A stretch of 63,320 nucleotides of DNA, the filler included, from Octopus bimaculoides (lineage: Eukaryota): assembly GCF_001194135.2 (NCBI RefSeq). It is 8 parts of 7 records of this genome, joined end to end, with 100 filler letters (N's around TTAATTAATTAA, not from the genome) between each part and the next. Parts side by side here need not be neighbours in the genome. Positions count along the whole stretch, not along the records: positions 35,309 to 47,870 come from NC_069002.1; positions 47,971 to 56,537 come from NC_068982.1; 6 more parts are not named here. The stretch is one strand, 5' to 3'. Below the pieces are notes generated by a model. The model searched no databases. It worked only from the letters and a program-made list of their open reading frames with translations, and was not told the DNA's origin. Below are positions 36,881 to 50,679 of the stretch, piece after piece (the stretch's first letter is position 1; the number at the start of each line of letters is the position of its first letter). Made by a program: the position numbers and the translations under genes.

Positions 36881-37499
36881 GAAGAAAAGAAAATGGAGAG
36901 TTGAAAGTTAAGACCTTTTAAGCTGAGGGGAAAGTTTGAAATTTATCCATTATGTGCCTAATATGACTGATCAAAAGTAATTTTTGCTTGAAATTATCAG
37001 TAAAAATAATAAACCATCTCTATATATAAAGAGTGAATTCACAATTTTAAACAAATTTGATAAATGCAAATATGATACACTTGATCTTTGATCATGTAAG
37101 TTTACAGCTGATATATATATATATATATATAAATGTGTGTGTGTGTGTGTGACAAAAAAGAGAACATGTTACACAAATAGAGACCATGCGACTTATGGGG
37201 ACAAAGTTGATTAAATACAATGATATACAATAGAAATAACAACCATAGCAACTATCAAACAAAAACCTTATTGAAATCCGTTTTGAGTGCTTTAATGCTG
37301 AAGCGATAGATATTTAGATAATGAAATGGAAAGTAACCTGCCCCCCTCCCAATCTGTTAAACAATAAAGAAACCAAAGAAAAAAACAAAAAAACGTTACA
37401 ATTGATTTGTTCAATAAGAATGTTTGATTTTAATGATCTGAGCAATATAAAGAACTATTGTTGTCATATATAGTTAAGATAGGAGTGTATTGTCATTAT

Positions 37500-38910
37500 T
37501 GCTGTTTGTGTTGTTGTTTCGTCTCTTGGTCAGGAGCAGGTTTGTGATCAAAATTATTCCAGTCATAACTTTCCCATCTCCTTTATTTATTGACAATGGT
37601 AAGGATGAAATTTGAGAGATGTACAGTTACTATTTCTAGCAAGACAAGTGACCAAGTGAAGGTTCTTTTGTTTTCTCATTGTTGTTTAGCCCCAGGTTAG
37701 TCCTGTGGTGAAAATCTAATGATCAAAACCATTCCAGTTGTGTTCCATTGTTTCCATTTTGATGAAAGTCTCAATACGCTCTTGGCAGCTGATCTGTGTT
37801 TATTGTGATCTCATCTGTCCTCCACACTGAGAGAAGTTGGGTTGGTATTTCTAGCAATAAAGGCTCCCCTTGCCAGTATACCTCTTGTTATTGTGGTGTT
37901 GTTTAGTTACAAGTCAACACATGATTAAGCAGGTCTGTAATCAAAAAGAACCTCTTCATATGGACTGAACAAATCCATGATAAACAGTATTGTTCAGCAG
38001 TTTCTCTTTTCACCTGTATAGTGCTGTGGACAAAAGCAGTTAAAAGTGGTGCCAGGTAGTAAAGGAACACCCTGGTTTAACCAGGAAGTAAAAAAGGCCA
38101 CCCAAACTCTATACATCTTTTAATCATACTCTGCCTTCTCAGCAGAGCTTTGTCTTAATTATAATTATGGAACTTAATGACTGTGACAGGATATTTTTTT
38201 TTCTTTTTTTTTTGATTAGGTGATTTAAAATATTTCCACAGGATCATTTCTCATCAACCATACAGAATTTACATATTGACTACCCAGAGGTCAGTGATCC
38301 TATAAAGGGCATTGTACACTTCTTTATTGTTCTTTAACCTCAGATCCACACTGAATGAGCAAACATATAATCAAAAATATTCCAGTTATGACCATCCCAT
38401 CCATTTCCTGTGTGTAAGGAACCTATAACCACATTATCCACCATGCCCTTTTCTAAGATGGGAGTTTGGGCTGTTATTTCAAGCAGCCACGTAGAGGCTC
38501 TCTTGCTTTCCTTTGTTGTTTGGCTCCAAGTTAATCTGCATTAACCAGACTAATAATCAAAAGTATTCCATTTGTGACCACCCTGCCTTTTTAGAGGGAA
38601 GGGCAGTATCTAGGAATGCATTATCCAATATGTCCTTCTTTTAAGATGGTGAATTGTGTAATTTAAGAGAAATTTTGTTGCTATTTCTAGCAGGTTGTAA
38701 AACTTTATAGAGACTTGTAGTTTAACCTCATTTCTGGTCTATTGGGCAGACCTTATGTTGAAAGGTATTTTACCTATGATCATTGGTTTCTCCCCCCCCC
38801 CCCCACTTCCGGGCACAGAGTACCCTGCACTTAATATGAATTCTTTTCCTAAAGATAATAAGGGTTTCAGGGAGATTTGGTTACTCTTCCAAGTATGCAT
38901 AGTGACTGCG
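37500..38910. repeat. About six highly diverged, same-orientation copies of a ~190-bp repeat
   Basis: Recurring motifs ttgtttagcc..gatcaaa..attccag..gacca and gagatttggttgctatttctagcag. Confidence 0.55.
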
Positions 38911-39269
38911 TGTTAGAGCTTGGCTGGTGTGAACTGGTGTGAACTGGTGTGAACTGGTGCTGTCAGCTATATTCTCTGAGTATGAATTTTTTGGCAAGTG
39001 TGTATGTGTGTGTAAGTGTGTGTGTGTGAGAGAGAGAGATATTATATGTGTGTATTTGTGTGTTTGTTGAAATTTTCATTCTTCTTTCATAACCACAACC
39101 ACCATGACTTGTCAGGTTGCTCAGTATTGTTAATCACTCAGCCTTGAAGTGTGAGTTGGGTGACTATTTTTGTAGGTTACATGTTACGTGTTAGAATTAA
39201 ATTTTTTTTTAGAACATTTTAACACAAAGAAACAGGAAGGAAAAACGAAAAAGGTGGAGCAAACAGCAG

Positions 39270-39585
39270 AAGGTGGAAGGGAGGGGGTGATAGGCCACAT
39301 ATCCCAGAACTGGTGGTGCACTCAGCTGTTCCTTGCAAATAATGAAAATGGTGGCATTGCCATGGAGACTGGCCAGGAACACTTGCTGCAAAAGCTATTC
39401 CACCTTGCTAGGCTCATTTCTCCACTGGGCTGCTATTATCCCTATTTTGTAGAGGAAATTGGTAGTATGGGGTCCTAGAACACCTAACGTCTCAACAGTG
39501 ATGACTGGGACAAACCAATAGTAGCTTGCCAGATCCCTGTATTTATTGATTTTTCTCTCCTCTGCATTCCAGGCATGATTGAATG
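39270..39585 (-). mobile_element. CRE-like RLE-encoding LINE C-terminus
   Basis: AEERKINKYRDLA..FVPVITVETLGVLGP..FLYKIG and QQVFLASLHGNA (cf. QRLSIAVQRGNA). Confidence 0.72.
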
Positions 39586-39598
39586 ATAATGATAATGA

Positions 39599-39634
<36 letters not shown>

Positions 39635-39635
39635 C

Positions 39636-40430
39636 ATACTCTGTGTGAACATGTTACTGTTGGATGTCTTGCAAACAACTCTTACATGCAAGTGCTACCA
39701 GTTGAGAACTCCGCATACTGGAAGCCAGCAAGTGTATGGGGTCATCAGGAGAGAATGTGTGCCGTTTCGGGGCCTACCTCTCGACGGTATCAATGCGCAC
39801 CGGCCCACCCTCACTGATATGAGGCCCCGCTTGCTAGATCAACTGATTATTAAAACAAAGCTCAATATTCTTCTAGCCATCACTCATCGTCTCTTTTTAA
39901 CTAAATCCAGTGGCTAGCCTTCTCCACTGTATTTTGGATATCGGTCATGGTGGTATTTACCTTACGATGAGTTAGGCCTAACGACAACAGCAGTCGTCTC
40001 ACACTATGTCCTACAAATCCTTTACATCCAACTTCGATTGGAAAATGCTCCGCTTTCCAGCCTGTGTCTTCACATTTCTTGGGGAGGTTTACATAACGGT
40101 CAATCTTTCAAGCCCGCGTGGCATCCATGTTATCTTCATGAGGAACCGTTAACTCGACTAGATTTACAACTTTCCTTCTTTCACACCACATTAAAATGTC
40201 CAGTTTTTCCGTATCAGGGATGGGAAAGAATGCCTGGCACCCAGGTAAATCTGCAGTCACTTCCCAATAGCCGTTCCACTTTTCATTTCTCACAGGAAGT
40301 TTCTTTTTCTTCTTGAAATGGATCCGCTGACCTAAGCGCACGAAGGTAATAAAATCTCTAGATGGTACTTTCAACGGTTTCTTCTCAGTGTTGTTGAGAA
40401 GAATTTGGTTCTTCATAGCATTGAAGATAA
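39636..40430 (-). mobile_element. HERO/NeSL-like RLE LINE 3' end
   Basis: DILMWCERRKVVNLVELTVPHEDN. Hand translation continues CEDTGWKAEHFPIEVGCKGFVG..VEKASHWI. Confidence 0.82.
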
Positions 40431-41128
40431 CCTTCAGGACCTGGTTTTATTTCTATCATAATTCCATTCACATCCACATTACATATAAGATGTGACTATC
40501 AACCCTGGAGGTAAATGTACTTCTGTATTTCATTCCATTGTATCTTTGTTCCAAGTTCAAACTGCACTGCAGCCAAACAGATAAAATGAAAAAAAGATAA
40601 CAAAAAGAAAAAGACAAAACAGAAAGATACTGGAGAAGCAGTGAGACCAGGTATAGATTTTCAACAGACTGTCCTATTCTACCAAAAAAGAAAAAAAGAA
40701 AAAAAGATGTCCTTGAGCCTAATTAAAGAAAGGAAAGAAATCAATAACAAAGCAGATCTAGATTATAGGGACAACTGATCAATAAATTATAAAACAAACA
40801 CTGCATTGGAAATGAATGAAGGTGAAAACAAAGAGTTTGTGCTATCCATTATTTCAAGTCATCTGTTTTAAGAGGTCCAGTGAGTACAAGATAACAGAAA
40901 CCTAATAGTCAAAATGGCTGCCAGTTTAATGAGGATGGTGAAAAAAATCTATAACATTACCACTTAATATAATAGCTAGCAGGCAACAGTAATATGCATT
41001 AAGAAGTTGTATTTCTCTTTGTTACATTTTACCTGCCAAGATTTCTCATGTGGGCTTTTGAGTTTGGAAATAATGTGTATTTTATAAGAAATGTTTATGG
41101 TGATGAAGGAACAATAATGATACAGCTG

Positions 41129-41169
<41 letters not shown>

Positions 41170-41409
41170 ACAAGGCATAAATAATGGTAATTACATATTT
41201 CTTTATTGTAATAAATTTGACTTACGGCTGTTTCTGGTAGCCATTATAGGCTCATTATTGATAAGTTTACTCAATTGGCCATTGATCGACTGAGAAAAAT
41301 CAAAAAACCTTGAGAATTAATGCAACTTTCATCAGACTCATTTCTAGTTATAAGCAAGCAGAACACAAAAAAAAAAAAAAATGGGACAGGCATGGGGAGA
41401 GGGAGTGAA

Positions 41410-42259
41410 GGAACATGGTAATCTGAAGGAGCAGGGTCCGGAGAATAAGGCGGATGAGGAATTTTTTCCCAACCAAGCTCTTTGATCCTGTGATGTGATC
41501 TCTGCAGTGTGGGGTCATGCATTGTCCTGATGAAACATCATTCCTTTTTGATTCACTAAAGTGGGTCTTTTTTTCCTCAAAGCTTGGTTCAAATGCTCTA
41601 ATTGCTGACAGTAGACTTGAGCATTGATTGTTGTGTTAGGTGGTAACAATTCAAAGTGAATATACTCCTTTGTAATCCCACCAGATAGAGAGAACCGTTT
41701 TCCCATGAAATTCCCTTCTCGGTTGTGGTTGAGCTTTTTCCCTTTTACCAAGCCACTGTTTACAACGTTTAACATTTTGATAGAAGACCCATTTTTCGTC
41801 ACCAGTCACAAGTCTATCCAAAAAGGGTGAAATGAGTTGGTGAGAATGGAGAGAAGAGCAGATGTCAATTCAGGATTTGCAGTTGCTTTCGGACAATTCA
41901 TAAGGCACCCATTTTCCAAGTTTAAGAACCTTTCTAAGTTGTTGAAGATGACAATGAATAGTTGTATGGTTTGAACTAATCTTTATTGTCAATTCTTCAA
42001 CTGATAATGCAGGATTTTCTTCAAGTAATGCCTCAAAGAGCTTATCAAATTCAACTGGACGTCCTGTTCGTTCTTCATCTTCAAGGCTGAAATCTCCACT
42101 TTTGAATTTTGCAAACCATCTTCTGCAAGTTCTTTCATTCAAGCATTCTCTCCCATAAACTGAGTGTATGTTTCAAGTCGCTTTGGCTGCAGAGTTTTCT
42201 TTTTCTTTTTTGTACTCATAAAGCCTTATGTGCGTCAAATGCTCTTTGGATACTTCCAT
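41410..42259 (-). mobile_element. Mariner (DD34D) transposase pseudogene
   Basis: RTCRRWFAKFKSGDFSLEDEERTGRP, GKWVP, GDEKW, FHQDNA, HPPYSPDPAPSDYH. Frameshifts and stops present. Confidence 0.92.
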
Positions 42260-43310
42260 GTTAGAAAGGGTTTTAATCAAAGAAACTGTAATTCTATTAT
42301 TCTGTAAAATAATATTTAATTAGTTTAAATGTACACAAATGCATAAAAATNNNNNNNNNNNNNNNNNNNNNNNNNNNNNNNNNNNNNNNNNNNNNNNNNN
42401 NNNNNNNNNNNNNNNNNNNNNNNNNNNNNNNNNNNNNNNNNNNNNNNNNNNNNNNNNNNNNNNNNNNNNNNNNNNNNNNNNNNNNNNNNNNNNNNNNNNN
42501 NNNNNNNNNNNNNNNNNNNNNNNNNNNNNNNNNNNNNNNNNNNNNNNNNNNNNNNNNNNNNNNNNNNNNNNNNNNNNNNNNNNNNNNNNNNNNNNNNNNN
42601 NNNNNNNNNNNNNNNNNNNNNNNNNNNNNNNNNNNNNNNNNNNNNNNNNNNNNNNNNNNNNNNNNNNNNNNNNNNNNNNNNNNNNNNNNNNNNNNNNNNN
42701 NNNNNNNNNNNNNNNNNNNNNNNNNNNNNNNNNNNNNNNNNNNNNNNNNNNNNNNNNNNNNNNNNNNNNNNNNNNNNNNNNNNNNNNNNNNNNNNNNNNN
42801 NNNNNNNNNNNNNNNNNNNNNNNNNNNNNNNNNNNNNNNNNNNNNNNNNNNNNNNNNNNNNNNNNNNNNNNNNNNNNNNNNNNNNNNNNNNNNNNNNNNN
42901 NNNNNNNNNNNNNNNNNNNNNNNNNNNNNNNNNNNNNNNNNNNNNNNNNNNNNNNNNNNNNNNNNNNNNNNNNNNNNNNNNNNNNNNNNNNNNNNNNNNN
43001 NNNNNNNNNNNNNNNNNNNNNNNNNNNNNNNNNNNNNNNNNNNNNNNNNNNNNNNNNNNNNNNNNNNNNNNNNNNNNNNNNNNNNNNNNNNNNNNNNNNN
43101 NNNNNNNNNNNNNNNNNNNNNNNNNNNNNNNNNNNNNNNNNNNNNNNNNNNNNNNNNNNNNNNNNNNNNNNNNNNNNNNNNNNNNNNNNNNNNNNNNNNN
43201 NNNNNNNNNNNNNNNNNNNNNNNNNNNNNNNNNNNNNNNNNNNNNNNNNNNNNNNNNNNNNNNNNNNNNNNNNNNNNNNNNNNNNNNNNNNNNNNNNNNN
43301 NNNNNNNNNN

Positions 43311-43590
43311 CGGAAACTGAAAGAAGCCCATCGTATATATGTATATATATATGTATGTGTGTGTATATGTTTGTGTGTCTGTGTTTGTCCCCCCAACATC
43401 GCTTGACAACCGATGTTGGTGTGTTTACGTCCACGTAACTTAGCAGTTCGACAAAAGAGACTGATAGAATAAGTACTAGGCTTCCAAAGAATAAGTCCTG
43501 GGGTCGATTTTCTCGACTAAAGGCAGTGCTCCAGCATGACTGCAGTCAAATGACTGAAACCAGTAAAAGAGTAAAAAAGAGTAAAAGAGT
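43311..43590 (+). mobile_element. SINE family B central and 3' part
   Basis: cggaaactgaaagaagcccatcg...ctccagcatgactgcagtcaaatgactgaaac. Confidence 0.82.
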
Positions 43591-43924
43591 AATATATATA
43601 TATATATATGCACACATATAGATACACATGCACTCACACATAGATATAAATGCACATATGCACACACACAAATATATACCTACAAATACACCCACACAGA
43701 TATACATACATGCATGTATACACATGCATAAATACAAATATATACATACATACACACATATATATAAATATATATATCTACAGAAACAAGTAGATACTTT
43801 CATGGACTGTAGACACATGGGTTGGCACCCATACATATAAATAGGGAAATAAGCACAATCTGACACACTTACACACATTTGGGGGGAAGGAGATGGGGGT
43901 GGCTTACTGAGTTATTATTAGTTA

Positions 43925-44912
43925 TTACACCCCAACATAGATAATGCACCCAAAAGACACCCCACCATAGGCAATCCTCATCTGACAGGCACCCCACCAT
44001 AGATAATCCTGAACTGAATAACACCCCACTGTAGATAGTCCTTATCTGACAGGCACCCCTGCATAGATAATCCTCATCCGACAGACACCACACCATAGAT
44101 AATCCTCAACTGACAAACAGCCCACCAGAGATAATTCTCATCTGACAGATACCTCACTATTGATAGTTCACATCTAAGAGAAACCCCCATCATAGATAAT
44201 CCTTAACTGACAGACACCTCACCATAGATAATCCTCAACTGAAAAATACATCAAAATAGATTATTCTCATCTGACAGACACCCCAGCATAGATAATCCTT
44301 AACTGACAAATAGTCCATCATAGATAATCCTCATCTGACAGACAGTCCCCACTATAGATTGTTCTCATCTGACAGACATTTCACCATAGATAATCCTCAA
44401 CTGACAAACACACCAGCATAGATAATCCTCAACTGACAGCTGACAGACACCATACCATAGATAATCCTCAACTGACAGACACCTCATCATCATCATCATC
44501 GTCGTTCAACGTCCGCTTTCCATGCTAGCATGGGTTGGACGATTTGACTGAGGACTGGTGAAACCAGATGGCTACACCAGGCTCCACCATAGATAATCCT
44601 CAACTGAAAAATACATCAAAATAGATTATTCGCATCTGACAGACACCCCAACATAGATAATCCTCATCTAACAGACACCTCAGCATAGATAATCCTCATC
44701 TAACAGACATATCTGTAGTATGGTTGATATTGTCAATGATAGATAAATAATTCTCATCTGACAGACACCCCAGCATAAATAATCCTCATTTGACATACAG
44801 CCCATCATAGATAATCCTCAACTGACAGACAGTCTATCATAGATAATCCTCATCTGACCAAACAGTCCATCATAGATAATCCTCATCTGACCAAACACTC
44901 CCCACTATAGAT
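43925..44912. repeat. 32-bp minisatellite array (catagataatcctcatctgacagacaccccac), roughly 27 units
   Basis: Period seen directly (catag at 44062 and 44094). Interrupted at 44484-44585 and 44714-44746. Confidence 0.9.
44484..44585 (-). mobile_element. RTE-related 3' tail inserted in the minisatellite
   Basis: (cat)n-cgtcgttcaacgtccgctttccatgctagcatgggttgg. Confidence 0.75.
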
Positions 44913-45264
44913 ATTCCAACCACTTCAGAGACACCTACATTTATTGGTTATTACTTGATTAAGTAAGGCATTGGATTGATTTTTCAGACTGCTGGACAAT
45001 ATGCCATCACTTCAGCATGGTCGCATCACCATAGAAACAAATGATAGTTAATTTACGAGGGAAGGGAGAAACCAAAATAAACAACAGGTGCAGCAATGCA
45101 TCCTCTAACATCAACTGCAACAATAGCAACCAAAAGAACAGCAACAACAGAAATAGCCACTTGTTATACCTCAGTAAATACTTTTGGAGTTGGAGTTTTG
45201 GAAAAAGGAAACGAAAAAGGTTTGTGTTTGCAGAACCAGGAAGGAAAATATGTTAGTGAATAAG

Positions 45265-45306
<42 letters not shown>

Positions 45307-45678
45307 GTTTTTGCACATGTATGTATACATGTGTATATGCTTGCATGTATCCATGTCCACAGGTGCTGCCGCCTGTGTGTGTTGTGTGTGTATTTATTTC
45401 ATCATGATTATCAATTTTACAGCTGTTTTTCCATGCTTGCATGCAATATGTTGGACTGGGCCTTCCCAACATATCTTTTTGCTGTTTTCTTTTTTTGCTT
45501 TGCGTTCTTTTGTCGTCTATTTGTGAGCGTCAATATTTTGAGATACGTTTTATATGTTTACATACATACACACACTCACATACAAATATATAAACATATT
45601 CATACATACATACATGCATACTTACATAGATGCATGCATACATACATACATACTGTTATATCCTTACACCTCCAATAT

Positions 45679-45945
45679 TGTAGTATGGTTGATATTGTCA
45701 ACGCTAGATAAAGAATACACTGTAACAGTGTTATTACAATCCAAAATAGAAACAGTGGCAGTAACAAACACATAACAAGCCAACAGTCTTTTAGGAACCA
45801 ACAGTCAATATTACCAACATACTAACTGTAAACTGTACCTGGACTTCGAAGACCAAGCTATGAACTGCTGACTACATCAGACCCCTACTATTTATACATA
45901 TTAGTCCTGTCTATTCTTGTCAGGGAGTGTCATTCTGTCACCACA
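45679..45945 (-). mobile_element. 3' LTR (267 bp) of the adjacent gypsy element
   Basis: TGTAG...CCACA termini. Polypurine tract (minus strand aaaaagggagagg) at 45947-45959. Confidence 0.7.
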
Positions 45946-46039
45946 ACCTCTCCCTTTTTGAGATTTTGAGTTCCGGAGGAATAAAGAAATTTGATTTATA
46001 TTATTATTATTATTTAGTATGTTTTTCACTTGGATCTTA

Positions 46040-46820
46040 TCTCAAGGTGTTTGGTCTGCTTCCATTTTCTCATGCTAGTTCTACGGGACTCCATTACTTT
46101 CGGTGCTGGGTCATCGAATACATCAAAAAATACTTCCATAGCAAATTCTCTCCATTCTTTGACATGTCTCTTCTTTAGCTGATTTATGTGTCTCTTCTGT
46201 TCCCAGTGTGGTCCTTTAATTTGACACATCGAATTTTGATTACAAGACAATCCTCTCAGCTTTCTTTACCATTTCTGTAGGTTTTAAAATGCACTTTATC
46301 TCCTACTTCAAAATATTTCATTGCATCTTTCATATTTCCTTTACATCTTTTTTTCTCTGGCAATAACTTATCAAAGATTAATTTTAATCTTCCTGCGAAC
46401 ATCAACATCGCAGGTGATTTTCCTGAATTTGTACTTGTATCGGGGGTTACTCTATATACCCTTAAGAATTTTGTTAGTGCTTTGTTGTTACTTAATTCAT
46501 TCCTAGTTTTTCTTGACATTCTTTTGAACATGTCCACGAATCTTTCTACCTGCTTTATTGTATGTATTTTACCGAAGTTCTTGAATTCATACCCCGAGAA
46601 TTGCATTCCATTATCAGAAATTAACATGTCTGGAACACCATATCACACAAACAATTCATACAAGAACTTTATAGTTGTCTTAGTGGTTGGTTTATTGCAC
46701 CTGCATACCTCTGGCTATTTTGTACAGCTGTCTACCATGATTAGATAGTAAGCACCATTCACTGGTCTGGTATAGTTGATATGTAACCTAGCCCATGGGT
46801 ATTCATGATTGATATTTTAC
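46040..46820 (-). mobile_element. Ty3/gypsy integrase remnant
   Basis: PWARLHINY..YYLIMVDS, YGVPDMLISDNGMQF, VERFV, FLRVYR.TP..GKSPA.LMF. Confidence 0.88.
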
Positions 46821-47338
46821 CAGCAGGGCTGTGGCTGTGAGCAAGCAACCTTGACAAGTTCTCATCAAATTTTGGATATTCCAGTCCATAGTTGGCCAAT
46901 AGACGTAGCTATTGTACATACCAGTACATAAACATACGTTCACATGTACATACACATGTACACACACACACAAACACGTCTACACACTTATCCTATTACT
47001 CACGTACATGCATAAGTACATACATACATACATACATACATCATATGCACATACATACATACATACATACATACATACACACATACATATATATCATGAA
47101 CTAACTGTTACTTTCTCAGATGCAGCACGGAATTTTGTCAGTGAATAGGTTGCGGTCTCAAAGCGCCGAAAATATTTTGACACAAATTAAATCTAAATGT
47201 TGAAATGAATCTAACGGTCTTTGTGTGTTATTTTAAATGGCTTATAAACACCTTTCATGCTGCAATTGTTTTTGTTCCAGCACACGATCTCAGATCAGGT
47301 CACTTGCTATGCAAGTACATCTCCGTTATATATATATA

Positions 47339-47545
47339 GTTGGATGTCTGTTGACTACTCATGAGTTCCTCCACCCTTTATTTTTCATCCTGTAGGGTGT
47401 CGAACTATCACCCTCCTCATCAAGCAAGCATGGTGGGGTTGCCAGTTTAGTCGCTGCTGACCCAACCATGTAACAGGTTGTACTGGGTTACATGTTACCA
47501 GTTGCAAACAAGAGTGACTAATAGCGCTCGAGAGTGATCTGACTT
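47339..47545. repeat. Unclassified dispersed repeat (second copy at 48112-48305)
   Basis: Both copies share gttggatg..caccctcctca.caagcaagc.tggtggggttgcca.tttagtcgc..acaggttgtactgg.ttacatgttaccagt. Confidence 0.7.
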
Positions 47546-47809
47546 TTTTCTTTTTCTTTTAGCAGGGTAAGGGTACCTAAGTAGACATCCTTGCAGTAAG
47601 AGGCAACTCACACAAACAGTTTGGTTTAGTTGATCAAGTGGTGGGTGGGGCGCAAATGGGAGGGGTTACAACACATTAGCGCATAAGTATACCATGTCCC
47701 TTCCCAATAATGCAGACAGCTGAACAAAACATTTGTTCTATAAAGAAAAGAATCAATACCGATATATATAAGATGCAAAGTTTCAAATGTATTGAACTGG
47801 AAAAAGAAA

Positions 47810-47870
<61 letters not shown>

Positions 47871-49207
47871 NNNNNNNNNNNNNNNNNNNNNNNNNNNNNN
47901 NNNNNNNNNNNNNNTTAATTAATTAANNNNNNNNNNNNNNNNNNNNNNNNNNNNNNNNNNNNNNNNNNNNATATATATATAAATAAAATATAAAAGATAA
48001 AAAATAGTATATATATAAAATTAAAATTATTCATATATACATATTTACAGACATTCACACACATATACACACCCATACATATATATATATATACATATTT
48101 ACAGACATTTTGTTGGATGGTCGTTGACTGTTCAGGAGTTCATCCGCCCTTTGACAGGTCTTATTTTTCGTCCTGCAGGGTGTCCAACAACACCCTCCTC
48201 ACCAAGCAAGCCTGGTGGGGTTGCCAATTTAGTCGCCGACGACCCGACCATGCAACAGGTTGTACTGGATTACATGTTACCAGTAGCACTGAAGAGCGAC
48301 CTGACATGCATACATACATATATACATACATACATACACATCAACACACACACGTGTGTGTGTGCATGTGTTTGTGTGTGCGTGTATATATAAATGATAG
48401 TTTTTATGTTCAGTTGCAATAAAAACAATTTCACAATAATTTGATGGGTTACTCAATACTTTTGTAGAGTACAAATTTATCATTCTTAAAGGAGAATATT
48501 ATTGGTAGAGACTTCGACGTTTCGGCAGTCCGACGATGACTTAACTGGCCGAAGCTTCGAAGTCAGTGTCAATAATATTCTTGGTTAGGAACAATAAATA
48601 TCTATATACGCACATATACATACATACATGCGCACACACATGCATACATACATACATGCATACATATTTGCATATTAAGATACATGCGATATAATATATG
48701 CACATACAAACACATATACATATAGATGTGCATACACCTATACATACACCATTCATCATACTTACTCCATTTGTTTTGCTCTTTCTTTTTTCCACCTTTC
48801 TCTCACTCTCTCTCTTTTTTTTCTCTCTCTCTCTTTCTCTCTCTCTCTTTCTCTATTACACACCCCTTCTTTCACACACCCCTCTTTCTCTCTAAAGTTG
48901 TCAAGTTGTTTTGATCAAAATACCCCACCTACCTTCCACAAATCTCCTTCCTTACTCCCATTCATCTTTCTCATGCTACTATGTCTCTCTCACTCTCTCT
49001 CTCTCTAGCTCTCTCTTTTGCTCTGTCTTCCCCATTCCCGTCTCCCTTCTACTCTTCACCTTCCGCTCCCTCTTCTCCCCTTCTCTCAGTCACGCATCTC
49101 TATTCTTCCCACTATCCCACTTTTACAACCAAACGCACAATCAAATCCTCTTTTCTAAGCCCTCAACTTTACAAACATTTCCATTGAAGATCATTATCAT
49201 TATTATT

Positions 49208-49589
49208 AAGGTAGTGAGCTGGCAGAATCATTAGTTCAGCGGGCAAAATGCTTAGCGGCATTTCGTCCGTTTTCACGTTCTGAGTTCAAATTCAACCGAG
49301 GTCAACTTTGCCACTTATTATTTCGGGGTCAAATAATCGATAGTCATGTAATCGACTACTCCCTTCCCCGCAAATCTGAGGCCTTGGGCCTCCTGTAGAA
49401 AGGACTGTTATTATCACAACGCCGGGCAAAGTGCTTAGTGGCATTTCATCAGCCTTCACGTTCTGAGATCAAAACTTTACCTTTCATCCTTTCAGGGTCG
49501 ATAAAATACGTACCAGCTGAACACTGGGATCGAAGTAATCGACTCATCCTCTGACCCGAAATGGCTGCCCTTGTTGAAAAATTTGAAAC

Positions 49590-49649
<60 letters not shown>

Positions 49650-49868
49650 GGCGACGAGTGACAGAATCGTTAGCATGCCGAGCAGAATGCTTAGCAGCAT
49701 CTCGTCTGTCTTCAAGTTCTGAGTTCAAATTCCACAGAGGCTGACTTTGCCTTTCTTCCTTTCAGGGTCGATAAATTAAGCACCAGTTGCGTACTAGGTT
49801 CGATCAAATCGACTGGCTCCCTCCCCCAAAATTTCAGGCCTTGTGCCTATAGTAGAAAGTATTATAAA
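49208..49868 (+). mobile_element. Three head-to-tail SINE family A copies with an (ATT)n spacer
   Basis: Heads at ~49208, ~49425 and ~49647. Confidence 0.8.
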
Positions 49869-50679
49869 NNNNNNNNNNNNNNNNNNNNNNNNNNNNNNNN
49901 NNNNNNNNNNNNNNNNNNNNNNNNNNNNNNNNNNNNNNNNNNNNNNNNNNNNNNNNNNNNNNNNNNNNNNNNNNNNNNNNNNNNNNNNNNNNNNNNNNNN
50001 NNNNNNNNNNNNNNNNNNNNNNNNNNNNNNNNNNNNNNNNNNNNNNNNNNNNNNNNNNNNNNNNNNNNNNNNNNNNNNNNNNNNNNNNNNNNNNNNNNNN
50101 NNNNNNNNNNNNNNNNNNNNNNNNNNNNNNNNNNNNNNNNNNNNNNNNNNNNNNNNNNNNNNNNNNNNNNNNNNNNNNNNNNNNNNNNNNNNNNNNNNNN
50201 NNNNNNNNNNNNNNNNNNNNNNNNNNNNNNNNNNNNNNNNNNNNNNNNNNNNNNNNNNNNNNNNNNNNNNNNNNNNNNNNNNNNNNNNNNNNNNNNNNNN
50301 NNNNNNNNNNNNNNNNNNNNNNNNNNNNNNNNNNNNNNNNNNNNNNNNNNNNNNNNNNNNNNNNNNNNNNNNNNNNNNNNNNNNNNNNNNNNNNNNNNNN
50401 NNNNNNNNNNNNNNNNNNNNNNNNNNNNNNNNNNNNNNNNNNNNNNNNNNNNNNNNNNNNNNNNNNNNNNNNNNNNNNNNNNNNNNNNNNNNNNNNNNNN
50501 NNNNNNNNNNNNNNNNNNNNNNNNNNNNNNNNNNNNNNNNNNNNNNNNNNNNNNNNNNNNNNNNNNNNNNNNNNNNNNNNNNNNNNNNNNNNNNNNNNNN
50601 NNNNNNNNNNNNNNNNNNNNNNNNNNNNNNNNNNNNNNNNNNNNNNNNNNNNNNNNNNNNNNNNNNNNNNNNNNNNNNN

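Noticed and set aside
39725-39780. GAAAC and CTGATGA on the minus strand of the HERO-like 3' UTR
   Set aside because: The putative stem II strands (cccc/cccc) cannot pair, so it is not a hammerhead.
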